A DNA stretch of 63,998 nt, counting the filler, from Sanchytrium tribonematis (Eukaryota): NCBI GenBank assembly GCA_018985235.1. It is 16 parts of 16 records of this genome, joined end to end, with 100 filler letters (N's around TTAATTAATTAA, not from the genome) between each part and the next. Parts side by side here need not be neighbours in the genome. Positions count along the whole stretch, not along the records: positions 32,254 to 34,114 come from JADGIG010001187.1; positions 34,215 to 52,499 come from JADGIG010000117.1; 14 more parts are not named here. The stretch is one strand, 5' to 3'. The notes beneath the pieces are model-generated. The model had not been told where the DNA came from. It worked only from the letters and a program-made list of their open reading frames with translations, and did no database searches. The stretch's first letter is position 1. The number at the start of each line of letters is the position of its first letter. A program made the translations under genes and the position numbers. Shown in pieces: positions 32,274 through 44,687 of this stretch.

Positions 32274-33567
32274 CAATTTTTTCCTCCACAAATTCTTCAA
32301 TGACATTATCGTTTTCAAACGCCTTTTGGACTATTGACTTTTGCTGCTCCGATATTTCTAACTTACCCATATCATCGACTTTGAAAGACTCTACAACTTT
32401 ATCCGATTCAACATCACAGTCAATCCAAGGATTGTCATTCGCCTCATCTGCGAACGAGACTTCAGATGGTGATTGTGATAAATGAGATTCAGCTTCTATA
32501 GCAATATTTCTTTTTTTTGGCTGAAAAAATTCGTCCTCTTTGGGAACTTTAAATTGAAACTCTGGATTAAGTCGTTTTAATATTTCAGTTGAATTTTTTG
32601 GATTCTCAACTTCCAATTCTTCGATTATTTCAGAATCGGATCCTGAAATGTCCATATCTTTTGGCCGCATAAATTCATAGTCCAATAGATCATTAAGCAA
32701 TCCAGTATCTTCTTGTTCCAAGACTTTTTCGCCTGTGCCGTCAACTCCACTAATTTTTTGTTTTAATTCCTCGTGGATCCGTAACTGCTCGGCTATGGCT
32801 TTTCGAGTGACTGGATCCTTGAGACCGCGTTTTCGTATCAACTTGGACCATTTACCTAAATTTTTATGCCTTAAAGACAGCCTCTCTTCTATCCGTTTTT
32901 CATTCAGTTCATCAAGATTTTCTTGAACTTGGGAATCGTTTAAATCTCTCAATTGTTCCAGGTTTAATTTTTTGACTGATTTTCTCATCTTTTCTTTTGT
33001 CAAAATTTGCCTGTATTTCCTAGATTTTATCTTTTTTTGATGCTTCATTTTAGAATCGTATCTAAAACTAAGTTCTCTTAATCTTCTTAGCTCCCTGATA
33101 TGTTTTCTTACATCTTCTTCGTTAATTTCATTTATCAAAGCTTCTTCGTTTTCAACAATTTGTTTCTCAGTCATTCCTGTTGAATGCTGAAGTTCCATCA
33201 TTTCTCTTTCGAATTCATTCTCTGGCCTCAAATTGAAAGCAAGACTTGCTACAGTAATATTAGCTCCTTTTTCTTTTTGAAATGGAAGATTTAGGATTTT
33301 AGATTTTTGGTTGTAATTCACCAGTGGCTGCCATTTTGAAATTTCTTTTTTCACCTTTTTATAACTGACAACTCTGTCAAGTTTATCTTGCTCGGTCTGG
33401 TGCAAAGGTTTGGGTAAAGCATTTACATGTTTTATATTTTGAGAATCTTCTCCCATGAGGTCTTCTAATGTTAAACTTCTCTTGGCGTTAATATTGAAAT
33501 TTGTTATATTGTTCACATTCGAAGTGTCCGAATCTGAATTAAAATCATTGTACTCGACAAATTCCAT
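32274..33567 (-). CDS. UTP14: U3 snoRNP/SSU processome protein, 3' partial
   Basis: EISKWQPLV, KHQKKIKSRKYR, ERLSLRHKNLGKWSK, KAFENDNVIEEF. Confidence 0.85.
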
Positions 33568-33711
33568 GTGTCAAAAGGAGTTGTATAGGAGAAATTTATT
33601 ATTGTTTGTTGACTTAAAGAATAGGTATAAAAATGTCAGGTTGTACCACGGTGCATAATAATGGAGATGATTACGATAAATAATTTGAATAATAACTCAG
33701 TGCCTTTAATT

Positions 33712-34114
33712 TTATTTTGATATGTTTTCATAACTAGATGCTTTGCTAAGCGCAGCATCAATTAATTCTTTGGCATAATTGACGGACTCTTGGTTTCCCT
33801 TAAGCTCACATTTGTAATTATCAGATTCATTAGCACCTTTTTCTAAAATGATATCACACGCAGAAGTTCTTTTAATTTCTTTGATGGTGACGCCTTTTTT
33901 ACCAATGACGTGTCCGACGATCGAAGCTGGTATTTCAAATGATTGCCGAGTAAATTCTTGAGGTTGCTGAGATTTAAATGTTCTTGGAGGTCGTTGACCA
34001 TATAAATTTTGATGATATCCACTATTTAATGCTGAGAGTAGCATTTCCTTGGCAAATTCGCATTTGGATCTATCGCCAATAATTACAACGACTCTTGAAC
34101 CATTAATTGCTGGT
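33712..34114 (-). CDS. KH-domain RNA-binding protein, 5' partial
   Basis: IPASIVGHVIGKKGVTIKEI (GxxG loop). Confidence 0.8.
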
Positions 34115-34343
34115 NNNNNNNNNNNNNNNNNNNNNNNNNNNNNNNNNNNNNNNNNNNNTTAATTAATTAANNNNNNNNNNNNNNNNNNNNNNNNNNNNNN
34201 NNNNNNNNNNNNNNACAATGCCGTATGCTGCAAAGCTTTTATTCCAAGAGCTGCAAGCCATGAACATAGTCCCTCGGCTACGATTACAAACCAATAAATA
34301 AACTTTTTTAAACAAAGGAGGATTTGCTGTTTTCACGAACTTG

Positions 34344-34805
34344 ATGGAACGACAACTATACAGAAATTCACCGGATATAGAACCAGCATTTACTGAGGGC
34401 ATTTATCTTGAAAAAGCTGAATTAAATGATGCTTTGAAAATTGATGACATAGGACTGACATCAGCTCCTTTAAAATCAATTGCATATCAAATGCATACTC
34501 ATTGTAAAGATTACTGCCAGGATTTTATGAAATGCAGGAAGGAGGATGGCCTTGAAAACTGTCTAAAAGAAGGTCGTAAAGTTACAAGGTGTGGAAAAGA
34601 ATTTATAAAAGAAATGCAACAAACTTGTGACCAAGTTTTTAAAGAGCACTGGAACTGCTTGACTATGAATAATCACAGATTTGAAAAGTGTAGACCGGCT
34701 GAAAGTGCTTTAAATAGTTGCATTTTAAAATCAATGAAAATTGACAAAATAATTCCGGATGCGCCTTACCAAATTCACACCAAAAGCAATCCCGTTTATA
34801 AATAA
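34344..34805 (+). CDS. NDUFA8: Complex I subunit NDUFA8 (CX9C)
   Basis: IGLTSAPLKS...C..FMKC...CLKEGRKVTRC...HWNCL...CR.AE..LNSC. Confidence 0.9.
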   Translation: MERQLYRNSPDIEPAFTEGIYLEKAELNDALKIDDIGLTSAPLKSIAYQMHTHCKDYCQDFMKCRKEDGLENCLKEGRKVTRCGKEFIKEMQQTCDQVFKEHWNCLTMNNHRFEKCRPAESALNSCILKSMKIDKIIPDAPYQIHTKSNPVYK

Positions 34806-34854
34806 AAATTCTGGATTCTATTCTTGACTTTCGAAATTCTACTTTTATTGCGAT

Positions 34855-35718
34855 ATGACACAAGGACTGCTTCCTTTTGTATTCGAAAATTTGCCTCATG
34901 AGAAAGCCATAAAAGCAACATATAATCTAGGCAGAAAGATCACTGATACTCTGGAAGAAAACGCTTTTGATCATTACGAATGGAGCGATACAGAAATTAA
35001 AGACGCTCAAACTATTATTGACAACAAACTGAAAGAGAACAATTTATTGGTAAATGATTCTGCTTTGAGTGCAGAATGGTGTACGTTTTATGAAAAAAAT
35101 AATAGAGCATTTTTTAAGGACAGGAATTGGGTTTTATTAGAATTTCCTCAGCTTATTCCTACCAAAAATGAATTTAGAATACTCGATGTAGGTTGCGGTG
35201 TAGGAAATACTTCCATTCCCATTGTCGAAAAAGTTGGCAAAGAATTTACTTATCACATTTATGCTTGTGATTATTCTAACGTAGCCATTCAACATTTTCC
35301 AGTGAAAGACCAGATCACGCCGTTTGTTCATGATGCTTTGAATCCATTTCCACATTCTGAAATGAATGCAGCTACATTATTTTTTGTCATGTCAGCAATT
35401 AGACCAGAAAATTGGATTAACGTCTTCAGGAATGTATATGATGCTCTTTTACCTGGTGGTTACTTATTATTTCGCGACTATGGATATTATGATTTGACCC
35501 AATTGAGATTTAAGCCGAAGCAATGCATCTCAGATTCATTGTACCAAAGAAGTGATGGAACTCTGACTTATTTTGCTAAAATAGATTGGGTTGCAAAGCT
35601 AGCAAGAGAGGTTGGGTTCTCTGTCAAGCAATGTATACTAGATAGGAGAGTGATTGTAAATAGAAAAACTAAAATTAAGATGAAAAGAGTGTGGATTCAT
35701 GCTTGTTTTCAAAAATAA
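34855..35718 (+). CDS. tRNA m3C32 methyltransferase (Trm140/METTL2/6 family)
   Basis: FFKDRNWVLLEFP, LDVGCGVGNT, GGYLLFRDYG.YDLTQLRF, RSDGTLTYF. Confidence 0.9.
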   Translation: MTQGLLPFVFENLPHEKAIKATYNLGRKITDTLEENAFDHYEWSDTEIKDAQTIIDNKLKENNLLVNDSALSAEWCTFYEKNNRAFFKDRNWVLLEFPQLIPTKNEFRILDVGCGVGNTSIPIVEKVGKEFTYHIYACDYSNVAIQHFPVKDQITPFVHDALNPFPHSEMNAATLFFVMSAIRPENWINVFRNVYDALLPGGYLLFRDYGYYDLTQLRFKPKQCISDSLYQRSDGTLTYFAKIDWVAKLAREVGFSVKQCILDRRVIVNRKTKIKMKRVWIHACFQK

Positions 35719-35721
35719 AAT

Positions 35722-37689
35722 TTATTCTGACTCAGAAGAATAAAGGCATTTAATCTTGGGATATTTTAGTAAATCAATCGTAAATGAATCAGCTTGGCCA
35801 GGCATAGATATATCTGGAAAGTGGACTTCTTCAGATTTCCAGTCTTTAGAGACAGGAATATTGTTTTTTTTGCAATCTTCAGAATCGGTACCTGCTTTCA
35901 TATCTCTTAATCTTATTTCAATATCAATGGAAGAATCGAATCTTTCCTTTACAGGACTTGCAAAGTATTCACCTTCATCGAAAATTTCAGATTCTATTCT
36001 TTCGACTAGCGTTTTTGTTTCAACAGTCTTAAAATTTGTTGAAGAAGCACTGCTTTTCAAATCACATGTATCTACTGTATTTTTAAAAGTTTGTTTTTCG
36101 TTTATAACTGCGCTTGAACTGATCGGGGCCATAGAGAGAAAAGAAATCTCGGGTCCAATTACTTTCTTTTTCGATTTTTTTCTTTTAATGGTATTATTTT
36201 TGTTAAAAGTGGAGACATTGAATGCCTTCCTTTTCCTCGCTAGCTTCTTATAGCGACTCAACGCCTTCATTCCAAGGGTGATTTGTAAATCATTGTCATT
36301 GGTTATCACATAAATGCTCTCAAAATCTCTAGGGATGGGAGTTATATCTAATCTGCAAAACGGGTCTTTCATTCGTAAATCATTAAATTTTTCGCAAGCA
36401 TTTTTAAATTGATCATGGACCTTTTCACACGGCAGCAACCTGTGCAATACAATATCTCTGCAATGACTTCCGCTTTCACCCAGTTTTTCGAAGCATCTGA
36501 TACAATAGTCATACCCATTTTCCTTGACAAGAATATTTTGATGCATCGTATTAAGCCGCGATTTATGTTGGCAATCACAATGAAAACTGAAAAGATAAAT
36601 ATCCCCACAGCAATTATCACATATCAAGTCCAGACCAACATTAATATTGCTGTTTTTTTTATACAAATCTTCGAATTTTATCCCATCTTCAATCTTGATG
36701 TACAATTTAGAAAGTTCTGAATCCATTGCTTTTAAAGCGTCTCTGATTCTTATAAATTGTAAATCATTAATCTCTAATTTATCTTCAAGAAATGCAATTA
36801 TGAAATACATTAGACACGCACAATGTCTATATACCTGGGGCCTCTTTTGCTGTGCATAAATATCCAGCAAAAATGTTATAAAGTAGTCGCAACTACTTGG
36901 GGTGACGATATTCCATGCAATTTTTGCACTTAAACCATAATTTCTGACTTGATGCATGGTCCCATTCGGTATGAAAACAAAAATGCCCTGGGTTTGTTTG
37001 AATTTAAATGCGGACGATTCAAGGTGTTTTTGGTATTTTATCACTTCATCCTTTTTGTTTGTTATTATTATATTTTCGAATTGTTCTAGTGTGATATTTA
37101 TATGATTTTGGTCAAGTTTTGATATTTTACTATCCACACATGAAATGTCACATGGATCTATCATTTTGTTTTCATGTGTAAAATTTTTAAGAGTCTTGGA
37201 AACCAAACCGAAATGTTTTTTTGCAATAAATATCCATTCTGAATAAGAATCCTTGTCCCCAAAGACCATACAGTTATGGCCAGGACTCCCTCCTTGATCT
37301 ATATGAAAAGGAGTTCCACTATCCGAAGCACCTATATAAGTCATACACGAAAGTGCTCTCAAGTTTTCCGGCAAATAATGTTGTAAATCATAAGGCCCAT
37401 CATATTCACAAGTCACTGGCAAATGAGCCTTAAGTCTGTCGTACAAATTTTTAGGAGTGATGAGATCTTTGGCGTATTGGTATTTTCTGCTTCTAAGTTT
37501 TGAAATTCCTTTATCGAATGATGTATGGCACACTGATTTGCTTTTCATGTCTGTCACTTGTAGTTCTGGAAATTCAGATTTTATTTCTTGTAATTCAATT
37601 TTAAAATTTAGATCAATCGCGCAAAGTATGTCCAATTCTATGCATCTTTTAAGAACCTCTATATTTTTAGTAACAAGCAATTCTTTCAT
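35722..37689 (-). CDS. JmjC-domain protein with a Cys-rich zinc finger
   Basis: YIGASDSGTPFHID (HxD), FIPNGTMHQVRN (distal H), KIAWN, then CDNC..FHC..C..YDYCIRC. Confidence 0.8.
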   Translation of the reverse strand: MKELLVTKNIEVLKRCIELDILCAIDLNFKIELQEIKSEFPELQVTDMKSKSVCHTSFDKGISKLRSRKYQYAKDLITPKNLYDRLKAHLPVTCEYDGPYDLQHYLPENLRALSCMTYIGASDSGTPFHIDQGGSPGHNCMVFGDKDSYSEWIFIAKKHFGLVSKTLKNFTHENKMIDPCDISCVDSKISKLDQNHINITLEQFENIIITNKKDEVIKYQKHLESSAFKFKQTQGIFVFIPNGTMHQVRNYGLSAKIAWNIVTPSSCDYFITFLLDIYAQQKRPQVYRHCACLMYFIIAFLEDKLEINDLQFIRIRDALKAMDSELSKLYIKIEDGIKFEDLYKKNSNINVGLDLICDNCCGDIYLFSFHCDCQHKSRLNTMHQNILVKENGYDYCIRCFEKLGESGSHCRDIVLHRLLPCEKVHDQFKNACEKFNDLRMKDPFCRLDITPIPRDFESIYVITNDNDLQITLGMKALSRYKKLARKRKAFNVSTFNKNNTIKRKKSKKKVIGPEISFLSMAPISSSAVINEKQTFKNTVDTCDLKSSASSTNFKTVETKTLVERIESEIFDEGEYFASPVKERFDSSIDIEIRLRDMKAGTDSEDCKKNNIPVSKDWKSEEVHFPDISMPGQADSFTIDLLKYPKIKCLYSSESE

Positions 37690-37804
37690 TTAAATTACAC
37701 GAAACAAAGGAATTATTCTGAAAATTTCTGCATCAATATCCGCGATCTAATTCTGATGATAGATAGGATTTATTTAATACTTTTAGTTTGAAATTTGACC
37801 AACT

Positions 37805-40800
37805 TTACTTGTTTAGTAGGTCTTGAGATGATTTTAATATGTGGCTTTTGGAGTGTTCTTTTTTAAGATTAGTCCCATTTGTTCCACTTTTGGGACTGTA
37901 AAAGCCATCATAATAGGCTAAATACAGACTCTGAAGCGTATCACTTGGTTTGTTCTCTTTCCTCCTAGCCGGGTTACTTCTCATGACTGCTTTAGGTGGG
38001 ACTGGTTTTTGAAGTTTTTCTTCTTTTGGTAGTAATTTCATATGAATATCTAATAGTTTTGCGACATGCTGAAGCATGCTCTGGAAATCTTGCTTGTCTG
38101 TTCTAAATAAGTGATGATTACTCTGTCATATAATCCTGAAGTTCCGCTATATTTTTTTGAACATGTGATTGAATTTCCCTTAATTTGTAAACTATTTTTT
38201 TCCGATGATCAATGTCCAAGTCGTTTCCATCCGCCAAGTCGGGGTCTTTTAAATCCCTATACACGGAATCCATTAGCACATTTAATCTTTGTCGTTTTAG
38301 CTCTCTCAATTTTTCCAAGTAGGCTGCATTGCCAGAATCGCTTGTTTCATTTTGATTATCGGCCTGGGAAACTGCTTTAACAGCTTTTTTTAGCCATTTG
38401 CTGACATCAGTTTGTGATTTAGGGTTATCTTGCTGCATTCTTACTTGTCGATTGAATTTGACTAAATGAACTTTCATCATTATTTTGTCTGATTCCTGCA
38501 GCAAGGATGGTGGATTTCTAATCGTTTGCAATAATTCTTTTTTCAAAGTAATGGGTATGGTTTTATTGCGCCTCAATACGGAATCATCAAGGTCTAAAAA
38601 TTGAGGTAACGGGCAGCTATAAGTCTCTTTTAACAAGAGGCTTTCATCTTCAATAAACTCTGATTTCGCATACTGATTAATTATTTTGGATTTTCCCACT
38701 TTAAGGCTAATAATCTCATCAAAAAATAAAATTTCGTAATCAGTTTCGTCTTTTGAAGTTAAAGTACGATCAATGATAAATTGTGCGAAATGTTGGGTAT
38801 CCATGAGTTTTGATAAAAAAGGTTGATAATTTTTCGAGCATGATAATAGAAATGATTGCTTATCAAAAAATTGATCTACATCAACGTAACTTTCATCGGC
38901 ATCTTTTTTGACATAAGCCTTGTATCCCTTTAGTAAGCCTGCAAAGAAGTTTAAAAAAGTCTTTTCAACTTGTGGTTCATCAAATGATGAAGGAATATAA
39001 CTTTGAACGTCCTTTGAAACTTCTTTTGGCATTCCATGAATTGATTCAATACGTGTTGAAGCAATAGATTTTGAATCATCCTTAAGACTAAGCTTACTGC
39101 CCAGCTCTCTTTCTGGAAGTGAAATCTCCGAAACTTTCTTCATTTTTGCCCAGGCTGTTTTTAGAGATGATTTGACTTCTGATGATGATTTTGATGCAAA
39201 ACCGGGCGAAAATGTTGAAGAGCGTATAAATGTTGAGTGTCGGTTGACTGTATTACTAAAACCTCCTCCAGTGTTCTCTTCATTTATTCCATTCAAAGAG
39301 GTGAAACTAATAGAATTCCTGACGGCATTGTCTTTTGAATTTGGTGATACTGTGTCAATTGTCGAAACACTATCTTCCCTGGTATATAATAATTTTTCTC
39401 CAATTAACGATTTTCCAGAAAATATCATGACATTGCCTTGAGGATAAGTGTCTGTGGTGTACGATGGTGGCTTCGATTTCTCACCTAGCCGAATTGCTGT
39501 AGGAACGTTTTTGTATAACGTCCCTACAAGTTTTCGCTTCCTACCCTCAGATAGACCTAGAAGTTTCTGAGGATTGCGAACTGTATTGTAATCCAGGTCA
39601 ACTACAACCACTTCAAGTTCAGCAAAGTTTAAATTTTTTGGAATAGATTTTCTCTCTAATCCAACTATAAATGGCATTGGTGCTTCCAAATATGCAAGTA
39701 ATCTTTCAGGAAGTATTGGAATTAATGCATGCTGCCACGAAAAAGGATAAATAAATCTTAAAAAACATTCAATTGTGGGACATAATAAATTTAAGGTGTC
39801 TGATACGAAGAGAATTTTGGATTCCAATAATATACACTCAATTACTTCTACTATATTTTCTGGACATAATGTACAGAATAAAGGGTAGTAGGAATAATTT
39901 TTCATGATGGGGATTTTGTTAAGTGGCGGTCTTGAGACGTAAAAGTTGAAGTCGTTTACAGCCAAGTTAATTTCGGTTTTGCCGGGAGGTGGAATCGGAG
40001 TCTCATTAATTAAGCTCACCAAAAATCGTTCCAGAGGAGTATCATTTGGCCAGGACCTTGCCGAGATATCATTATTTAGGTCAGGATGATTTGTCGTATA
40101 ACGTATTACAACAGAGAGCCAGTCCTTCATTAAACTATAAACTGGAAATTTTGCAAGTAATCCGATGGCCTTTGGGGCAAAACAACGCTCTGGCCTTAAA
40201 TATAAATTAGAAAAAAATGGATCCAATGTGCTTATAAGTAACTGAAGTCTTTCTTGTGTGTCTCTAATGTCATCTTGTATTTCGCTTGTAGGGGATATAT
40301 CTCTTGTCTTTTTCAGTCGCTCAAGACTCATTCTGGTCTTCTTTATCTGGTCAAAAATATGGTCCACATACTCGACGTCTGATTGTTGACAATTTCTTGC
40401 ATTCCAAAGGTCAATAGCTTTCTGAATTTTGGCCTTGACATCTCCTTCAATCAACTCCCAAACTATGATTGTGGTTCCGTACAAGCGGGTTCCATTTTCT
40501 AGAGTTACTATAAAAGAGTGATGCGAAGGTTTCGGTTCTTTCCAGGATATTCCTTGTGTTGTAATATCAATCTCAGACCAATTATCCAGCGGGGCACAAT
40601 GAATTGTTGTGTCATCTGGAAAGCAAAACATAGGCACATGAACGGGATAATCTTCATCTTGCTCTGGATATGTGCAAAGTGTAGTAGGTATAAATTTATA
40701 AGAAAGTGGATGTGGATCCTTTGGTCTCTTTTTAATCACTGATTTTACTTCATTCGTCATTTCGTCATTTGGTATTGGTATGTCTAAGCGAGGTGCTGCT

Positions 40801-41048
40801 ACAGGCTCCTCATTCATAACACTCTCTGATTTTTTTATGATTTGACTTCGCCGACGCATTACCAAAGGTTTTTCCTTCTTTTCTTCAGAGGGCGCGTTTG
40901 TAAATGATTTTTTAGATTTGTCATAATCTTTTCGATTTGGCTCTTCCTCGAGCTCCTGTTGAACTGCCTCAAAAATATCGGTACCATTATTCACAGCTAG
41001 TTCTTTTAAACCACAAACAAAAAAATAGGAAATGAGTCGATTGTCCAT
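37805..41048 (-). CDS. DENN-domain Rab GEF, one 19-nt intron
   Basis: RLISYFFVCG, PMFCFPD, HSFIVTLENGTRLYG, ILLESKILF, YPFSWQHALIPILP..LEAPMPFIVG, dDENN TQHFAQFI. Spliced to ORF 37805..38077. Confidence 0.9.
38103..38121 (-). other. 19-nt intron GTAATCATCACTTATTTAG
   Basis: Removes the stop and gives YMTE-TDKQDFQSMLQH in frame. Confidence 0.85.
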
Positions 41049-41137
41049 GAGCGTGTTTTTGTTTTGAAAAGCCACGGACAATGAATTTAGACATTATTAA
41101 TGAAAGTAACACAGAATTCTATTCCAGTTTTGTTCAT

Positions 41138-44100
41138 TTATTTTAATAAAGTTAATGCTAGATGATCAATAAGCTCCTTCAATAAGGTCAAAAAATGAAA
41201 ATTAAGTTCCACTTTTTCAGTACCTGAAAAATAAGTGTAGTTTTGAACGCAATCCACATCAGCGTCATCCACATTTAAGACAGAAATTAAATATTGTGTT
41301 GTCATACGAGCTAATGTTTGAAAATGGACAGTTTGGTATTGTGTTTGTAAATTATTATAAAGAGAATAATTTTCCAATCCTTTAGAATCAGCCCATGATA
41401 CTGCAGTGCAACCAATAAAAATGTTTTTATTCCATCTTCCTTCAATCAATTCGATCTTTGCCAAAAATAATTTTGGTACCAAAGGTAATGAAAAATTTAG
41501 AACCAAATTTAAAACTTTGCATGGTTCAATTTCAACCAGTTGCTGATTTGGTGTTAAAAGCTCTGATTTGCAAATAAATGAAAGTTTGCTACTACTCTTA
41601 TTGTTAAGCATCAGAGGCAAATTCAAGGATGTTCCGCACATTTTCGAACCTAACCATAAATAATGAAAATTGGTGACCAAAATGCCGTCAAAATCTTTTA
41701 TCAGTTCATATCTAAAAGGCTCGGAAACCTGACGAGAATATTTCACGCTAAGCGCGTCTGCAGGTATGCTTTGCAGTGGATAAAATAAGTTTGTAAGCAA
41801 ATTGAAATTAATTTCATACTTTTTGCAACTAATTTCGAGATCTATCTCTAGCTCTTTAAAAATCAACGCGCCTTTAATTGTAACAATTATCTTAAATGAA
41901 AGCGATCCCAATCTAGAAAGGCTGATCGTGTTGCTGCAAATATAATAATTGTCGGAAATTTTGAAAAAATCATATATCAATTCTTTGTCTTTCATCATTT
42001 TAATACTATCTTTTTGTTCTTGATCAAATTGAAATGACTCGAAATACTGGGAACTTAAAATTTCTGAGCCTTGTACTACCTGTGATGATACTATGACTCC
42101 GTTTGGTACAATAATTGGAAATTTGATACCCACCATTTTCCCAATATAGGTATCATCCAACTCAAGTTTTTGGGACTTGATATGCTTCACGCAGGAGAAT
42201 TCATCAATATTTTCATAAGCTGCTTTGCAAACCATAAATATTTCAGAATTCTCAACCGGTATAGACAATTTGTATTCATTGTTGACGTAGACAAATATAC
42301 AATCTTTTGTGCTATATTTTAAGCAAAAGTTAATGGGTAACTCTAAAGATTGAAAAACTTTCAGACTGGTATTATTTGGTACAATCAAAAAGTTTTCTTC
42401 GTTTTTGACTTTAAATCTAACAGATAGATCGATTTCGTTTCTCTTCTTACTTAAAAACTTTAAAAATTGCCCATTCCATTCTACCGAAAAATCGGATCCT
42501 TTTCCATCAAGTAGATAGCTCTCGATTTTACTAATTGGCAAATGATTTTCAAGCAAGCATAAATCGGACTTATTATATACAATCGGAATGCTTTTCAAAT
42601 TTAAACCATGCTTATCGGGATAATACCAGCTAAATTTTCCACAGCTTGAATTAAGGTATTCTTTCTCATTTTCTAACAAATTAGAAATGTCATAAATAGC
42701 TAAATTAAAGTAGAAAAGCTTCCCATTGAGTTCATAGTTAATAGGCACCAATTGGTAGATAGGCTCATGAGATAAAATTGCAAAATTAATCTCAAGGCTG
42801 GAATGACTTCCAATAGTAGCAGAAGAATGTGAAGCAGTTATTTCAAAATTATAACTTTGGATTTTTGAAGGGATTCTACAAAATACATCTGATTCAGAAT
42901 CATTTTTGATAAATGTGATAACCCGACTTGCTAAATACCTTGTTTCAAATTTAATTTCTGTGGAATGGTAAGGACGATATTTAAGAGCTTCAAATGGCAT
43001 TAAATTATTGGACGATATTGCAGAAGCAAAACAGATAAGTCTTTGAAACGAAGTGCCTTGAATCCCAACTATGATAGAAAAATAATAACTTGCAGGAAAA
43101 AGCGGACTGAATTTCACATTGATTGTTCGGTATTCTTTCGGATTCAATTCTACAATTTGAGGTAGCTCAATTTCATTTGTAGGAGCATGGAGCACAGCAT
43201 AGATTGGAAAATCACTGATATTGCGAATTTTAAAAAAGTTATTAATATAGGATTGTTTCTCCATGTCAATGAGAAATACGAGTTCCTCTGTCAAAATTTC
43301 AATTTCCGGAACCGCTGTAGCTATTGAAATAACTTTATCCACTATGACTAAATCATTGACCTTCACCATGCATGACACAAAATAATCATAATTGTTGTAT
43401 ATTGGAGTAATAGGAACTTCTAAGAATGCCGAGGATTTATGGTTAATATATAGTGAAGTATGGACATCCAACTGAATTTCTTTGCAAATAAACCTAGCTT
43501 GTATTTCAAAATCGAAATCTTTCGAATTTTGGAGTTTGAAAACCATCATATTTTTTGTTTTAGGCTTGTAAATTTGCGGAACAATGACACACTCTAACGA
43601 TGGAATAACAGAATAGCCCTTGATTCCAAATATCTGACTACAACCTTCGGAGACAATTTCGATGTTCTCACTGAAGGACCCAGCCTCCTGGATGTTGTAA
43701 CTCAAGTTAAGGTTATTTATACCAGCCTTGAGAATTATCGTTTTTTGTTTGACTACATTACTAATCACATTGCAATCCACATTAGTTGGTTCTGAGTTGA
43801 AAACACATAATGTGAAATGATTATCCCGAAAAGCCAATACTCTTCCAAGATCAATTACTGGATTACATATTTCGAATTTTCTAACTTGAGTTACTGCTTT
43901 TAGTTGCACTTCCTTCATGCCTCCATTTACAGCTTTTATAACCAACGTTTCTGTTATTGTTTGCTTAGTGTCAGATGAAAATACAAGATTGATTTTATGA
44001 GAAAGGCCTGGTGAAAGAAAACAAATTCCGTGATATTTTGCACTAGTTTGAAAAAATTTACCTACAACATAATATATAAATCGAAGACTTGATTTTCCAT

Positions 44101-44182
44101 CATTTCTTATTTTAAGAACCTGCTCATATCTCTCTGATTTATTCCAATCCACAATTTCTAAGGAACTTGCAGAAATTTCCAT
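41138..44182 (-). CDS. ASH/Ig-like repeat ciliary protein (CFAP65/Hydin-like), divergent
   Basis: W..S..YEQVLKIRN...LSPGLSHKINLVF and further ASH-like repeats (KIRNISDFP, LMLNNKS). Confidence 0.5.
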   Translation of the reverse strand: MEISASSLEIVDWNKSERYEQVLKIRNDGKSSLRFIYYVVGKFFQTSAKYHGICFLSPGLSHKINLVFSSDTKQTITETLVIKAVNGGMKEVQLKAVTQVRKFEICNPVIDLGRVLAFRDNHFTLCVFNSEPTNVDCNVISNVVKQKTIILKAGINNLNLSYNIQEAGSFSENIEIVSEGCSQIFGIKGYSVIPSLECVIVPQIYKPKTKNMMVFKLQNSKDFDFEIQARFICKEIQLDVHTSLYINHKSSAFLEVPITPIYNNYDYFVSCMVKVNDLVIVDKVISIATAVPEIEILTEELVFLIDMEKQSYINNFFKIRNISDFPIYAVLHAPTNEIELPQIVELNPKEYRTINVKFSPLFPASYYFSIIVGIQGTSFQRLICFASAISSNNLMPFEALKYRPYHSTEIKFETRYLASRVITFIKNDSESDVFCRIPSKIQSYNFEITASHSSATIGSHSSLEINFAILSHEPIYQLVPINYELNGKLFYFNLAIYDISNLLENEKEYLNSSCGKFSWYYPDKHGLNLKSIPIVYNKSDLCLLENHLPISKIESYLLDGKGSDFSVEWNGQFLKFLSKKRNEIDLSVRFKVKNEENFLIVPNNTSLKVFQSLELPINFCLKYSTKDCIFVYVNNEYKLSIPVENSEIFMVCKAAYENIDEFSCVKHIKSQKLELDDTYIGKMVGIKFPIIVPNGVIVSSQVVQGSEILSSQYFESFQFDQEQKDSIKMMKDKELIYDFFKISDNYYICSNTISLSRLGSLSFKIIVTIKGALIFKELEIDLEISCKKYEINFNLLTNLFYPLQSIPADALSVKYSRQVSEPFRYELIKDFDGILVTNFHYLWLGSKMCGTSLNLPLMLNNKSSSKLSFICKSELLTPNQQLVEIEPCKVLNLVLNFSLPLVPKLFLAKIELIEGRWNKNIFIGCTAVSWADSKGLENYSLYNNLQTQYQTVHFQTLARMTTQYLISVLNVDDADVDCVQNYTYFSGTEKVELNFHFLTLLKELIDHLALTLLK

Positions 44183-44188
44183 AAAAAT

Positions 44189-44650
44189 TTATTTTGTTTT
44201 GACTTTAAAAATCCCAAAGTTTAAGGGAATGGCACTGATTTTACTAACGAGTATGCTAGTACCATAAGTACTGATATTATTCCAGGCCAAATTTAGTAAT
44301 TTCAGATATCCATTCGAGATGGTGTAAACTGAAGAGCCTTGAACAATTTGCACCATAGAAGTACTCATGATGGCTTGACTTTTCTTCTTTTTATCAAATG
44401 TGCTTATATCAATATCATACAATTTTGTAAGCATTTCAGCGTGCGAGTCATCCATTCTGCAACGATTAAGTGCTAAAATTGATATTTTAGAATGGGTCAA
44501 GAACACTATAAGAATTTTTAAATTTTCTTGGCTAATATTCGTACCACAAATTTCCAATTGAATTAAGAGTGAAAAGTTCAAATTTTCAATATATTTTTTT
44601 AATTGAACCTCGTCAAAATGAGATTCATAATTTTTTGAGGTCATATTCAT
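44189..44650 (-). CDS. RNI-type LRR protein
   Basis: LALNRCRMDD and LKLLNLAWNNISTYG; start taken at ATG 44650. Confidence 0.55.
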   Translation of the reverse strand: MNMTSKNYESHFDEVQLKKYIENLNFSLLIQLEICGTNISQENLKILIVFLTHSKISILALNRCRMDDSHAEMLTKLYDIDISTFDKKKKSQAIMSTSMVQIVQGSSVYTISNGYLKLLNLAWNNISTYGTSILVSKISAIPLNFGIFKVKTK

Positions 44651-44687
44651 TTTCAAAAAAAACAAATTGAAGGACGAAACATTTTTG

